Shown: positions 42,944 through 57,349 of the stretch, in pieces | How positions within the stretch are numbered: the first letter of the stretch is position 1 | Layout: each line of letters starts with the position of its first letter | Assembly: GCA_951406725.2 (NCBI GenBank) | Contig: OX597822.1 | Span: 43,214,001-43,278,000, forward strand | Source of the DNA: Octopus vulgaris | Lineage: Eukaryota | Length of the DNA stretch: 64,000 bases | Reading direction: 5' to 3' | Notes under the pieces: model-generated | Told to the model about the DNA's origin: nothing | What the model saw: only the letters and a program-made list of their open reading frames with translations | The model's database searches: none | Position numbers and translations under genes: made by a program

Positions 42944-43912
42944 TACATACATACGTACACACACCCAGAAGCACACACATATATATCATGCAGATATATT
43001 TAAATATGGCTGCACTATTTGCACTGTGTCTGGTCACATACATATTTAAATATTGGCCAAATATTTGGACAGTTTCAAGACAAAGAATTATCGACAAAGA
43101 CAACAAAAACACATACATACGCACACACAAAAACAAAGCTAGCAGAACACCAAAACAAAAGAGAAATTCAACAAAAGATGGTAAAATAAGAAAGAAAGTA
43201 AAAAGACAACTGGAATTATTGTTCCGTTGTTTGTTATTGTTGTTGGTGTTCTTGTTATGATTTATCATCGTGGTATGTGTGTGTGTGTTTCTGTCTTGCA
43301 TTTTCTCTTTCATCTTCTCTTCTCCCACCACCACTTCGCATTCATCATCATCATCATCAACATCATCGTCATCATCATCATCATCATCATCATCATGTTT
43401 TCTTCCATCATCACCACCACTACCGACACGACGAGGACGACGACGACCACTACCGCCACCGGCACCACCACCGGCACCACCACCGGCACCACCACCGGCA
43501 CCACCACCGGCACAACCACCACCACCACCGGCACCACCAGCACAACCACCACCACCACCATCAACACCACCATCACAACCAACCACGACACTGTCATTAT
43601 CATCATCACCACCTTCCTCTTCTGGCTCATCCGCCTCCTTTCCTTATGACTTCCTCCTCGTCCACTTCTGTTTCTCACTTTCTCTCATAACTCCTCCTGT
43701 CCGCTGTCCTGCTCCCCTGTCCTATTCCGCTCCCCCGTCCTCCTCACCGTCTTCCTCCCCACCCTTCTCCCTGTCTTCTTCCCCAACTTGTTGTTGCTGT
43801 TGTTGTTGTTCTTCTTCTTCCTCGTCGTCGTCGTCGTTGTCGTCGTCCTCCTCCCCCTCCTCCCCCCCTCCTCCTTCTCCTCCTTCTTTATCTTCATCTT
43901 TTTCTTCTTCTT

Positions 43913-43943
<31 letters not shown>

Positions 43944-43964
43944 TTATTATTATTATTCAGTAGT

Positions 43965-44258
43965 TTTATTTTTATAGCGTGCTTTCACTTCACTACCGAG
44001 CGCAGCTCTGTGTGCCTTGGGTATGTGCTGTGATTTGTGGTGATGCTCTGATGGTTATTGTATGGAAAGTGTTCTGCGTAGGATGTGTGCAGTGCCTAGT
44101 AGTGCAATTTTCTGTATGTTATATGTGTTTGTAAGTCCTGGTGTTTTTGTTATGTATTTGTCTGAATATTTTTTTATCATGCCTAATGCACCTACTATGA
44201 TAGGAATTGTTTCTGTTTTCAGATTCCACATTCTAGTTACCTCTATTTCCAGGTCTTG
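43965..44258 (-). mobile_element. Dong/R4-type LINE 3' fragment between TAA repeats
   Basis: DLEIEVTRMWNLKTETIPIIVGALG...IQKIALLGTAHILRRTLSIQ* plus 3' UTR; nearly the same as 930-1240. Confidence 0.85.
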
Positions 44259-44269
44259 GGGGGGGTAAC

Positions 44270-44333
<64 letters not shown>

Positions 44334-44432
44334 GTTATTATTATTCAAGTTGTGTGTCATCTCCGGCCTGGTTACTCATTCTCCACTGCATCTGCTAAAA
44401 ATGAGATATTGGTCAGTTCTTTGTTCTTATAG

Positions 44433-44547
44433 GGCATGGTCAGTCTCTGTGACCTGGTCACTCGTAGTTTACGCCATACTTTTTGCAGGAGTGATGGTTT
44501 AGTCACAGAGAAAAACACTAAAAGAACCTCGTTAAGGGTATTTGAGG
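44433..44547 (+). CDS. Candidate host-gene exon, product unknown
   Basis: TTCTTTGTTCTTATAG acceptor, GTAAGA donor; only one + frame is open: [38 protein letters not shown]. Confidence 0.3.
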
Positions 44548-44579
44548 GTAAGATTGCTTGAGGATATGAAGGATGTGAA

Positions 44580-45590
<1,011 letters not shown>

Positions 45591-45893
45591 TAATCAAATT
45601 GGAGACTCACTTTTGAACCCACACGAGGAGATAAATGCAAAGTTTCATCATTAAAATATAGAAAAAAAAAACCAAGGCCCCCCAAAAAAAACAATGTTAT
45701 AGTTTGAACTTGCATGTTTCCGAATTCAGTTGTTAATGTGCTCGTTACTTGGTGAATTTCTTCCTTTGACAATCCTAACCTTTTCAGATTATAACTAAAG
45801 CCATTTACTAACAGAACGAAGTGCACGTAATTATAATTCCAATCTATGAGTGAATCTATCTGAATTTACAATGTGGGTGTAGAAACCTCAGGT

Positions 45894-45927
<34 letters not shown>

Positions 45928-46266
45928 AATATTAAATTTCTAAATATCTCATAGAGATATGTACGGTGGTGGGGCGATATTTCTGAGATTGACAGTATAC
46001 AACCATTCTATTTATATATATATATTTATATATATATATATATATATATATGCGTGTTTGTATGTAAATATGTATGCATGTATATATGTATGAATGTACG
46101 TGTGTGTATTTATATATGCACAATTACACACACAGGTGATTAATATACATCATTAAAGCATCTAATATAGAGCTGAAGACAAAACATCGTGAAGAGCGAC
46201 TGTCTGAAACGGTCAGCAGGAGAAGAATTATGAGAAACTATCATTAATTATGATATATATATATAC

Positions 46267-46342
<76 letters not shown>

Positions 46343-46362
46343 GTGCATGTCTGTGTGTGTTT

Positions 46363-46395
<33 letters not shown>

Positions 46396-46562
46396 CAATG
46401 AATTGACCAAGTACGATTATATATGGCATTATAGCATTTTCATTATGTATAAAAGTTGTTACCTAAACGCAGACAATTCTTGCTCTGCGGAATTATTTCT
46501 CCTCTGAAATAGGAGGGTGACTATTAAAATCCAGAATAGCCTGATCAGTAATCCGGCGTTCA

Positions 46563-46615
<53 letters not shown>

Positions 46616-46654
46616 GGGTGCGTGTGTGTGTGTGAGTGTGTGTGTGTGTGTGTG

Positions 46655-46968
46655 AAGGCGCCTGGCTTAGTGTTTAGAATGTTCCGCTCTCGATCGTATG
46701 GCCCTGAGTTCAATTCCCGGCGACGCGTTGTTTCTTTGAGCAAGACACATCATTTCACATTGCTCCAGTCCACTGAGCTGGCAAAAATGACTTGTATCTG
46801 TATTTCAAAAGAACCTGTCTTGTCATACTGCGTGTCACGCTGAATATCCATGAGAACTACGTTAAGGGTAGGTGTGTCTGAGGAGTGCTCAGCCACTTGC
46901 ATGTCAATTTCACTAGCAAGCTGTTCAGTTGATCGTATCATCTGGGACTCCCGTCGTCGTAACCGACG
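46655..46968 (+). mobile_element. SINE sharing its 3' half with family C but with a different head and central domain
   Basis: TGGCTTAGTG...GAGTTCAATTCCC head; TGTATTTCAAA...GTCACGCTGAAT...GAGAACTACGTTAA...CGTCGTAACCGAC shared with 14395-14570. Confidence 0.8.
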
Positions 46969-47007
46969 TTGTTCTCCTACATACACACACACACACACAC
47001 ACACACA

Positions 47008-47121
<114 letters not shown>

Positions 47122-47621
47122 AATTTGTTACCAGTTCGAATATATTTAAGGTATATCAGAACTCGTAAGACAGCCATTGACTGTATTTTGTCACGGGGTA
47201 AATTTCTCGTGGTTGATAAATAGGTGTAAACACACTGAATCATCTCACAGCACCCACTAACCAAACCTTTAGAAACATGCATGCATTTCGGAGTGATCAT
47301 CTCCTCTTCAGCAGCAGAGCCCGCACAGGCCAACACTGCGAACTGACACAGGAGACAGGTCCCTCTTATGATAATCCCGTTAACGTTCAATGAATGGTTT
47401 TGCTATTCAGCGGCTTGGAGTAAATACAGAATGAGACCGCTAAGAAGTGACGTGAAGAAATACAGACTGTTACTAGTTCAAATGTGCTTGAGGCATATAC
47501 ATACATACATACATACATACATACATACATACATACATACATACATACATACATACATACATACATACATACATACACACACATATGTATATCTATATAT
47601 ATAAATATATCTATCTATATG

Positions 47622-47682
<61 letters not shown>

Positions 47683-47737
47683 CATCCCCAACGTAGAATT
47701 TTTGATGTAATACATGTCCTTGAGGTAGTAATTGTGC

Positions 47738-47813
47738 GCGGCTGAAGAAGGCCATAGACACACATTATGCATTGTTATAAATCCGTAATAAAGGCCCGAA
47801 ACATATGTACCGC
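47738..47813 (+). ncRNA. Minimal type I hammerhead ribozyme in a ~170-bp insert (47681-47848) within (TA)n
   Basis: GCGG-CTGAAGA-aGGCC...GGCCc-GAAA-CATATG-TA-CCGC: stem I GCGG/CCGC, intact core, palindromic stem III. Confidence 0.8.
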
Positions 47814-47843
47814 TGAATCCTTGGCATCATGTTTTTATTTTGA

Positions 47844-47884
<41 letters not shown>

Positions 47885-47946
47885 AAAGCAATTAAGATTC
47901 AAGTGAGTTCTACTGAATTCACTTGAACACGGTACTTAACTTTCTC

Positions 47947-47996
<50 letters not shown>

Positions 47997-47999
<3 letters not shown>

Positions 48000-48053
48000 T
48001 TTGATTTGATTTTGATTTTTCCAGTTTCAGCTAATGAGCTGTGGTCATGCTGG

Positions 48054-48057
<4 letters not shown>
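47997..48057 (-). mobile_element. Extreme 3' end of the CR1-type LINE with (AAATC/AAAATC)n tail
   Basis: Minus strand GCCCCAGCATGACCACAGCTCATTAGCTGAAACTGG matches 6504-6540. Confidence 0.7.
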
Positions 48058-48084
<27 letters not shown>

Positions 48085-48233
48085 TCCTTTACTTGTTTCA
48101 GTCATTAGACTGCGGCCATGCTGGGGCTCCACCATTTTTAGGCGAACAAATCGACTGGGGTCTATATCAGATATAGGGCAGTGCGAAAACTTTTTAACAT
48201 CGAAAGATTTTGTGCCAAAACGAAAGTTCTTCA

Positions 48234-48292
<59 letters not shown>

Positions 48293-48369
48293 GTTCACAC
48301 ACGCGCATATGTGTGTGTATATGTGTGTCTTTGTGTGTGTATTTATGTGTGCGTGTGCGTCTTTATATC

Positions 48370-48545
48370 TGTGCTTGTTTCCCTCCCCTGCTTGACAACT
48401 CGTATTAGTGCATTTACGTCCCCCTAAGTTAGTGGTTCGACAAATCGACCGATAGAATAAGTAACAGACTCGAAAGAAAAGTACTGTGGTCGATTCGTTC
48501 ATTTAACATTCTTCAAGGTTATGCCCCAGCATGGCCGCAGTCTAA
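48370..48545 (+). mobile_element. SINE family A, 3' half; a minus-strand 3' tip lies at 48083-48150 and another + fragment at 38570-38690
   Basis: GCTTGACAAC...TTTACGTCCCC...GACCGATAGAATAAGT...CCCCAGCATGGCCGCAGTC. Confidence 0.7.
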
Positions 48546-48559
48546 TAATAAAATAAAAA

Positions 48560-49238
48560 AAACTTTCAGTACTGATCTCTGGCATTTGAACTTTTTGGTT
48601 CATGGAGGAGCCTGTGTTTCTGGATCATAAATGTAAGCCGACGTTTTATGTTCTGTCATTAGGTCGGGAAAAATGTCTCCTGATAGGTTTCAAATGTTTC
48701 CGGCAGATTAACGCATTCTTCCAAACTTCTCCTCTTCAAACCGTATGCCATAGAAAGCGTTTACGAAGTTTTCCAGCATCTACTGTAGTTCATTGTAATC
48801 ACGGTCAAATTGTGCAGCAATCTCCGACATTGTGACTCGTCTGTCCACGCAAGTCAGTTTGTCTGCTCATTGGCGATTTGTGTCAGCGATCATAGTTAAT
48901 GACCTCCTTCTGCGTGGTTTGTTTACAATGCTGGTTTCCTATTCAGTAAACTTCAACCATTTGTGCCTAATTCTCATATCAACAGTGTCAACACCGTAAA
49001 CACCATCAAGTCTTCAGTGAATGCTCGAAAATTCTGCATTCTTCCTTCGTCGAGAATTCGATGACAGCACGTTGCTTCTATTCGGAAGCCATTATGCGCC
49101 TGCAATGGAGAAGAACAGGAAGAAGAGATTCTAATAAAAGTGTCTTTCTGTCAAGATGTACAATTTGAACGAGGTATGTCAGTCAATAAAATCATTATGC
49201 CCCCATTTTTGCATTACTTTCGAGAAAACCCTCGTATA
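48560..49238 (-). pseudogene. Decayed mariner 5' part
   Basis: TIR-like TACGAGGGTTTTCTCGAAAGTAATGC on the minus strand; ETSIVNKPRRRRS remnant. Confidence 0.45.
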
Positions 49239-49888
49239 TAGGAATTGAAAATGGAGAGAAAGGCCAAGAAAGGGAGAGAGAGAAAGAGAATGAGAAATAA
49301 TAAATGAATCAGTGAGAAATAAATTCAAAATTGCACGCGTTGTAAATAAAGAGGTGAGAGTTTGTCGTTTAGATACAGTAAATAGCTATTTTTACTTGGA
49401 TTGTCAGAAACTTCTGCAAAGAAGAAGATAAGAAACGAACACTGTAACATTTCAATTATAGCAAAAAGGGTAAAGGATCTACGTAAAGATGAGGGAGAGC
49501 GGAAGAAAGTGAGAGACGTAAAGTATCGAACGAAAAATAGAGAGGGTGAAACTGAGAGAGGGCGCAGCGAAAAGAGGCAGAGTGAAAGAAAGAGGTGGAA
49601 AATGAATATGGAGTTCGTTAATGGGGAGATAAATCAGTGTAAATGAGCAAAAAAGGAGTTAATGGTGCATTGGAAACATGGTGGCAATATAATACTGACT
49701 ACATGAAAATAGAACTCATCACTACATTTATAATGTGTATGTGTGTGCGTGTGTGTATGTATGAATATATGCATATATATATTATATGTAAGTATATATA
49801 TTATATATAAGTATTAATATAAGTACATTATTTATATATATATCTTTATAACTTAGAGTGTATAGGTATGATGCCAATATATGTGTAC

Positions 49889-49926
<38 letters not shown>

Positions 49927-49981
49927 GTGTGTGTGTGTTTGTATTTATATGAGAATACATATACACGCATATATTTGCTCA

Positions 49982-50022
<41 letters not shown>

Positions 50023-50253
50023 GTGTGTGTATATATATATATATATTCATATATTTACATGTATCTATGTGTGTGTGCGTGTGTGTATGTATAAATATAT
50101 GCATATATATTATATATAAGGATGTGTATAACTTAAAGTGTATGGGTATGATGCCAACATATGTGTACAAATATATACATATATATACATATGTATATAT
50201 GTATATTTATATGAAAATGTATATACACATATATTTGCATGTGCATGTATATA

Positions 50254-50303
<50 letters not shown>

Positions 50304-51448
50304 TATATTTACATAAATACACAAACACATATATATATATGTATGTATTTTAAGCATGTATCTATGTGTGTGTGTGGGTATGTTATGCAATGTCATTACA
50401 ACCGAATCACAAATTACACCCTGACAAATTAGAAAACACATCTTGGATGGCCATGGTCAAAAGGTCTACTTAGTTAGAGTCGTTGTTGAGGGCAAGGGCT
50501 AAACAATAACATCGACGAAAGACACGGTGGATAGATAATGTGCTCTTTGGTATACTATGTCGCAATAGCACCGACAACAACTGCAATAACAAAATCCATA
50601 AAAAACAGTGATAACGACGACAGTAACAACAATTGGAATAAAAACAAGAACATTATCAACAACAAAAGCGACATTAGCAACAACAACAACAACAATATAG
50701 AGTAGAGTTGAAGTTCTAACTTCCTAGTGTGCTAAGCATGTTTTATAGGTTTTCATTCTTCAGTGATCGATATGTGAAATACCAATAAACTACTGGGATT
50801 GATTTAATCGATTGTATAGTGCCCACAAGTTTTATAGCTTTACTCAAGTGTTGGAAATGTCGATGGACTCTCAAAGACGATACAGCGTCGGAGGTTTTTT
50901 TTTTGTTACCTCCCTTTTAGTTCTGATTTCAAATCTTGTGAGCTTGAATTTGTCTTTCGTCATTCCGGGGTCGATGAAATTCGTACCAGTTAAATGCCAT
51001 GAGGTCGAGGTCATTGGTTATATTGCCCTCTCAAGACTTGTGACATGGTCTAAATCTTGATTCTGTACAGTCAGAGCAGTAAATAAGAGGATTTCATTTC
51101 AGGATTGGAAAAACGCTGATGAACATCAAGGAGAGATCGAAACCCTGATCATTGAATTACAGAATCCGAATTAATAATCAGTCAAAATTTCATTCGAAAT
51201 GGAATTCTGTTTTGTATAAAGTAGCTCGCTTTTCAATCACGTGATTTCGGATTAAATCCCAACGCGAAGAAGCACTGCGAGAAAGTACCCTCTACTATAG
51301 CGCCAGGACCAGGCGGAGTGTTAAAGCGTTGCATAGAATGCTTGGCATTATTTGTTCCGACTAACAGGGGCGGGGGAGAGCTGGCAGAGCCCTTAGCACG
51401 TCAGAGAAAAATGTTGTCAAGTTTGCGTTCTGGATCTTTACAATTTTA

Positions 51449-51672
51449 AGGCGGCGAGCTGACAGAAGTGTCAGCAGGCCGGGCGAAAAGCTTTATCGGT
51501 AATTTCGTCTGCCGCTACATTCTATGTTTAAATTCCGGCGAGGTCGACTTTATCTTTCATCCTTTCAGGGTCGATAAATCAAGTACCAGTGAAACACTGG
51601 GGGGGGGTCAATGTAATCGAATAGTCCTCTCCCTCAAAATTTCAAGGCCCTTTACCTTCAGTAGAAAGGATT
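51449..51672 (+). mobile_element. SINE family B; further decayed heads at ~50870-51050 and ~51370-51440
   Basis: Collinear with 14975-15188. Confidence 0.8.
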
Positions 51673-52881
51673 ATTTGTTCCGACTCAGTGCTCCGCGTTT
51701 AAATCTGCATAAGTCAGCTTTGCCTTCCAATCCCATCGAGGTGTAAGTGCGGCAACGAAATTTGCTTAAGGGATGAAAACCAAGTTTTTCAGGAGGTTAA
51801 TCTTTTACTCATTTAACCATGCGGGTGCGGTCATGCTGGAGTTTGAACGCGTTTACATTACCTCCCCCAAATTTTAGAGGGTGCGCTTGCACTCCCGACA
51901 CCCCCTGTTCCTGAGCCTCGATAATCGAGGTCGATTAAAATGCACAGTCCAGGGCGATAGGATGGTAAAAATCTTAGATATCAGGATATCTGGCAGCATT
52001 TGTTCCCACCCTTTGCGTTTAAACAGGAACGCTTGTGGAAATATTTCTTTAAAACTGTATTGTACAAGTTCTAGAAACATTTGTGTCTCGCAGACGAGAA
52101 ACTTGTTTATAAGGGCAACGCTAGTCACCCTAAAAAACTTTCTCTAGACCTATGGGTAGATGTGTAAATGCATGGGTAACTAACTGACGGAGGTACTTTG
52201 TGTGCAGGGTTAACTATAGACGGTTTTAATTGCCATATCTAGCAGGTGGAGCGAGCGACGATTGACTCCTTCATTTATTGTTGATTCCCCTGGGCGGCTC
52301 TGATCGAAAATATTAACTATCAAAATCATTATGATCGTGCCTATTTCATCCTTCATTCCTCCCTCCCAAAAACAGCTTCACATTGAATCTCATTTCCTAA
52401 CGTGCCCTTCATTTCTATTAGCGTAGAATGAGAACTAAAAATATACGGCTACTATTTCTAGTGAGTTAAACAAACCAGGAAAAATTTACTGCGCTTGTGC
52501 TTAATGTCTTCTGTAATTTTCATCACGTTTTTTATCATCGAATCCAAACCATTCTGTGTTCTTAGAGAGAATTCTATAAGTTATTTACGCTAAACTACAA
52601 AGGTATTGAGTAATATCGATATGGACGGGATTCTAGCAAATGTTGGTACTGCAATCCTTCGATGGAATATCTTTAGCTTCCGTCTTGCATTTTGGCTTTT
52701 ATCTTGAATAGTATGGTAAAGAAAAGAGAAAAGAAAAAAAAAGAAAAGAAAAATTAGAGAAGAAAAAAATATCAATACTTTCATAGCAAGAATAAATATG
52801 TTTACATATTTCTGATTCATTAGATTCCAACGTTACATAATGTCTTAAATAACACACACACACGCACATCCATATATATAT

Positions 52882-52920
<39 letters not shown>

Positions 52921-52928
52921 AACATATA

Positions 52929-52964
<36 letters not shown>

Positions 52965-53153
52965 CACAAACATATATGCATATATAAGCACATCCTGACA
53001 CACAGAACTCCGCACGTATACATGAATGTATATACCATATAAATCTTTTCTGTTCATATATATATATATAGAGAGATATGCATGCATACATATATCCACA
53101 AATATATATCTAAATATGCGCACATATGCATATAAATATGAAGAGTTATATAT

Positions 53154-53219
<66 letters not shown>

Positions 53220-53244
53220 AGATGTAAGATACACATAAATCATG

Positions 53245-53326
<82 letters not shown>

Positions 53327-53566
53327 TATATACATATATATATAAGCCCACATATCCGCATATATGTATATATATATGTATACATTTCGCTAAATACACA
53401 CACACACATGCACATATATGTATACATATACACAGATATACATGTACATATATCTATATGCATATATGAATGTACGTAAATCATATATATGTATATAATT
53501 ATATATTTGCCTATGTATATATAAATTTATCTATATCTATGTGTATATATGTGTATATATATATTT

Positions 53567-53605
<39 letters not shown>

Positions 53606-54383
53606 GTATATATGAATATATAGGTATAGATATATATATGTATATATATATATATATGTATATATATATGTGTGTGTGTGCGTATAAATATATATATATA
53701 AAATTAAATATGGAGTCAAATGAACACCATTTCATGAAGAAGTTTACCTTTCGCCATTCAATCAAGCATCAAATAATCTTTGCTTTTGCTAACTCTCTAA
53801 GAATTTCAGACATCCTGCAGGCCAAATCGATAAAGAGGGCATCTTAGAACTGTTTGATGCCAAACCGACATATACCAAACTTCAAAACTACAAAATATAT
53901 ATTATAACTACATCATTAATTATATACATACATATGCCTATACATAGATATGCCTATACATAGATATGCCTATACATACATACATATATAGATTTATACA
54001 TAGATCATACATACATACATATATACATATATACATAGATACATATATACATACACATATATACATACATTTATACATACATACATACATACATATACAT
54101 ACATATATGCACACATATGCATGTATGTATGTATAATCACATGGGTACACACTCCGCGCACACATACACATATAGTAGGCACAAACATGCACATATGTAC
54201 TCATGAATTTTCATATTCATACACGCATACGTATGGCGAATACGTCGGATTTTCTAATTCATAATGATTTATTAATGACAAGATTAAATATATATATATA
54301 TATGTATGTATATATATATATATTAAGTATATGTATGTATATATATATTAAATATATGTATATATAAGACAAGATTAAATATA

Positions 54384-54432
<49 letters not shown>

Positions 54433-54623
54433 CTGCATATATACATATACATATATATGCATATATGCATGCTTGCGCTTATGTGTTGTATGCATATTCA
54501 TATGCACATATGCACACCATATACCTAATAGCCAGTGCTATTGTTAATCACTGATTTAAGTATTTGCATATATTTCTTGTTAGTCCTAACATAAATGAGT
54601 ACAGACACACACAAACAAACACA

Positions 54624-54675
<52 letters not shown>

Positions 54676-54844
54676 TTCTCTCTCTCTCACACACACGCAC
54701 ACTCCCACGCGCACACAAAACAAATACATACACATACAAGCATATAGCTACACTCAGATAAATACAGCTATGTATAAGTCACATATTGCTATTTACACAC
54801 GCAAAAATAAAGAAACACGCACTTGCGCACATGGACACATATGA

Positions 54845-54895
<51 letters not shown>

Positions 54896-55330
54896 TACAT
54901 ATCCATAATTACAAACGTATACCCGCCCATGCAAAAATATATACACATTAAGAGTACTCGCTTGTCCACAAAATTCTATATTCCTTTTTATATAAAGGAA
55001 GAATTATTGGATAGTTAGATGTTGTGATACGATCTTTTCGAAGAGAGCGAGTGTTAGATGGACTGGGAACGTAACAGGAAATTATATTTCTGAATGATAT
55101 ATTGCGCATGTGCACCCACCTCCATTTTTACACTACCCTACCTACCCTTATTCTGTTAAGTGTCGCCGTCGTCGTTGATTTGTTCCACCCTTGTGTGCAT
55201 TGAATCCCCTAATGACAGATATGAATGTTTTCTCCTTGATGATTTTTTTCCAGTCTGTTATTTTGGAATTTTCTAAAGTCTGGTAATGCTACAAAAGGCT
55301 TTAGCATGCTCAGGATAAATACTACAAGCA

Positions 55331-55828
55331 TACAGAGTAATCCTACGACCATCGCAGGAGTTACGTTCCAAAACCACCCGCGATAGCTGAAAATCCGCGA
55401 AGTAGGAACAGTACTGCATTTGTTTTTTTTGTTATTTTTATAATTTGTATATATTTATTTTATTATAAATGCAAAACAACACCACACACTCACTTCCTGA
55501 GTTTCGTTTTCCATACCGTAAGCGCGATTCTTTGTTTATTCATCTACAGTACACTACGTATTTTCTTTTAATATATTTTAATTAATGTATTATACAGTGC
55601 AGTATAGTACTGTATTTATATTTATTAATTTATTAATTTTCAGGCGTAAAAATGTTTATTTCATCACAGAAATAATTAAAATCTTAAAAAATATGAATAA
55701 CTCTCGGCCGCAAAAACCCGCGATATAATGAGGAGTCCGTGATATAAAATTACATATATTAGCCAGAAAAGTCAGCGATGTACTGAAGGCGCGATAGGTG
55801 AACCGCGATATGGTGAATGATGACTGTA
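55331..55828. mobile_element. Tigger/pogo-like MITE
   Basis: TA-CAG...ACTG-TA ends; repeated subterminal CCGCGATA motifs near both ends. Confidence 0.6.
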
Positions 55829-56412
55829 CGCACTAAAGCGCTCACCAACTACACTGGCCAAAGGAGCGAGTAGAGAGACGAAACAGTTACTACTGAAACA
55901 CACCTTGCATGGATACAGCTAACATTGTCCACTTTTTAAGCCTTATTGCATTTTTACTGCATGCTTTACTTAACTTATGTTACTACAAGGATTGGAGTAT
56001 TGGTTCGAAATTGTTACCTGTTACCTTTTCGAAGTTATTCCACTTTTATAATGGAAGAATAGACCGTTATTAATTGAGTAATTAACTAATTAGTTTATTA
56101 ATGTTCCGTCACTATATTCTACTCGCCAATCACATACTGGAAGCAACTGAGTTAATAATCACGATCAATGTGACCCAAACCAATTTATACATACATAAAT
56201 ACATACACACATGATGGCTGCAAAGTCGTGTTCGAGTATTGCCATCGCCTGATCGAAAGTCCCACAGATGCGAAGGCTACGACCAGCCATTTTCGTAATA
56301 GGTCTTACTTTTTTTTTATAGTGGGGAGAGTATTTGCACAAATCTAATTCCACTCCCTAAAGATGGACGATATAAATTCGAGAAGAAGAGCTAGTTCTAC
56401 ATTTTGTACATA

Positions 56413-56482
56413 TGCCCACGGCATAGTGGTTAAGAGCACGGGCTAGTAACCCCAAGATTCCGAACTCGATTACAAGCAGTGA

Positions 56483-56513
<31 letters not shown>

Positions 56514-56514
56514 G

Positions 56515-56545
<31 letters not shown>

Positions 56546-56567
56546 CAACAACAACAACAACAACAAC

Positions 56568-56603
<36 letters not shown>

Positions 56604-56882
56604 CATAATAATCATAATCATAATAATAATAATAACAACAACAACAACAACAAAAACAACAACAACAACAACAACAACAACAATAATAATAATAATAATA
56701 ATAATAAGAAGAAGAACAACAACAACACCAACATCGAAAAATACCTTGGGAATAAAAACCCAGGTTCGAAATTTCTCCAAGACACCTAATGGAGGCTGGA
56801 GGGCATATCAGCTGAAATGTTGTGTTAACAAACAACATGAAGATGAGGACAAATATCTGTCAAATGTAAATAATGTAAAAAA
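56413..56882 (+). mobile_element. tRNA-headed SINE-like element: Pol III head, (AAT/AAC)n spacer, decayed hammerhead module
   Basis: GGCATAGTGGTTAAG A box and decayed B box (AACTCGATTAC); 56757-56880 matches 18640-18760. Confidence 0.65.
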
Positions 56883-57005
56883 TGTGTTTGTTAGCGTGTG
56901 TGTCTGTGTGTGCGTGTGTGTGTGTTTGCATGTGTATGTGCGTATGTGTATTTCGTTTATACGTTTGTGTATGGTGTATGTGTACGTGTACGCGTGTGTT
57001 TGTGT

Positions 57006-57047
<42 letters not shown>

Positions 57048-57065
57048 GCAGTAGTAGCAGTGATC

Positions 57066-57121
57066 ATAAATCTCGAGAAGTACGTCGAACAAATAGGGGC
57101 TGCAATGAGGGTGGAGCATTT
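57066..57121 (+). mobile_element. Tiny Dong/R4 fragment after (AAT)n
   Basis: CGAGAAGTACGTCGAACAAATAGGGGCTGCAATGAGGGTGGAGCA matches 42466-42510. Confidence 0.7.
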
Positions 57122-57257
57122 ATGATGTAGAGTCGAGCGTGTGTGCGTGTGTGTATGTGCATGTATGCGTTTGTGTCAGTGGTGCGTGAGGGTATGAATG
57201 AATGTATCAAATATGTCTATGTATATATGTATGTATGTATGTATGTATGCATGAATG

Positions 57258-57309
<52 letters not shown>

Positions 57310-57349
57310 AACATTATTGGTGAATTGAAGAAATGGAGCTGAATGCAGA

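Noticed and set aside
43270-43977. Proline-rich formin/extensin-like protein
   Set aside because: Built from CAC/CAT/CTT repeats open in most frames, with no unique domain.
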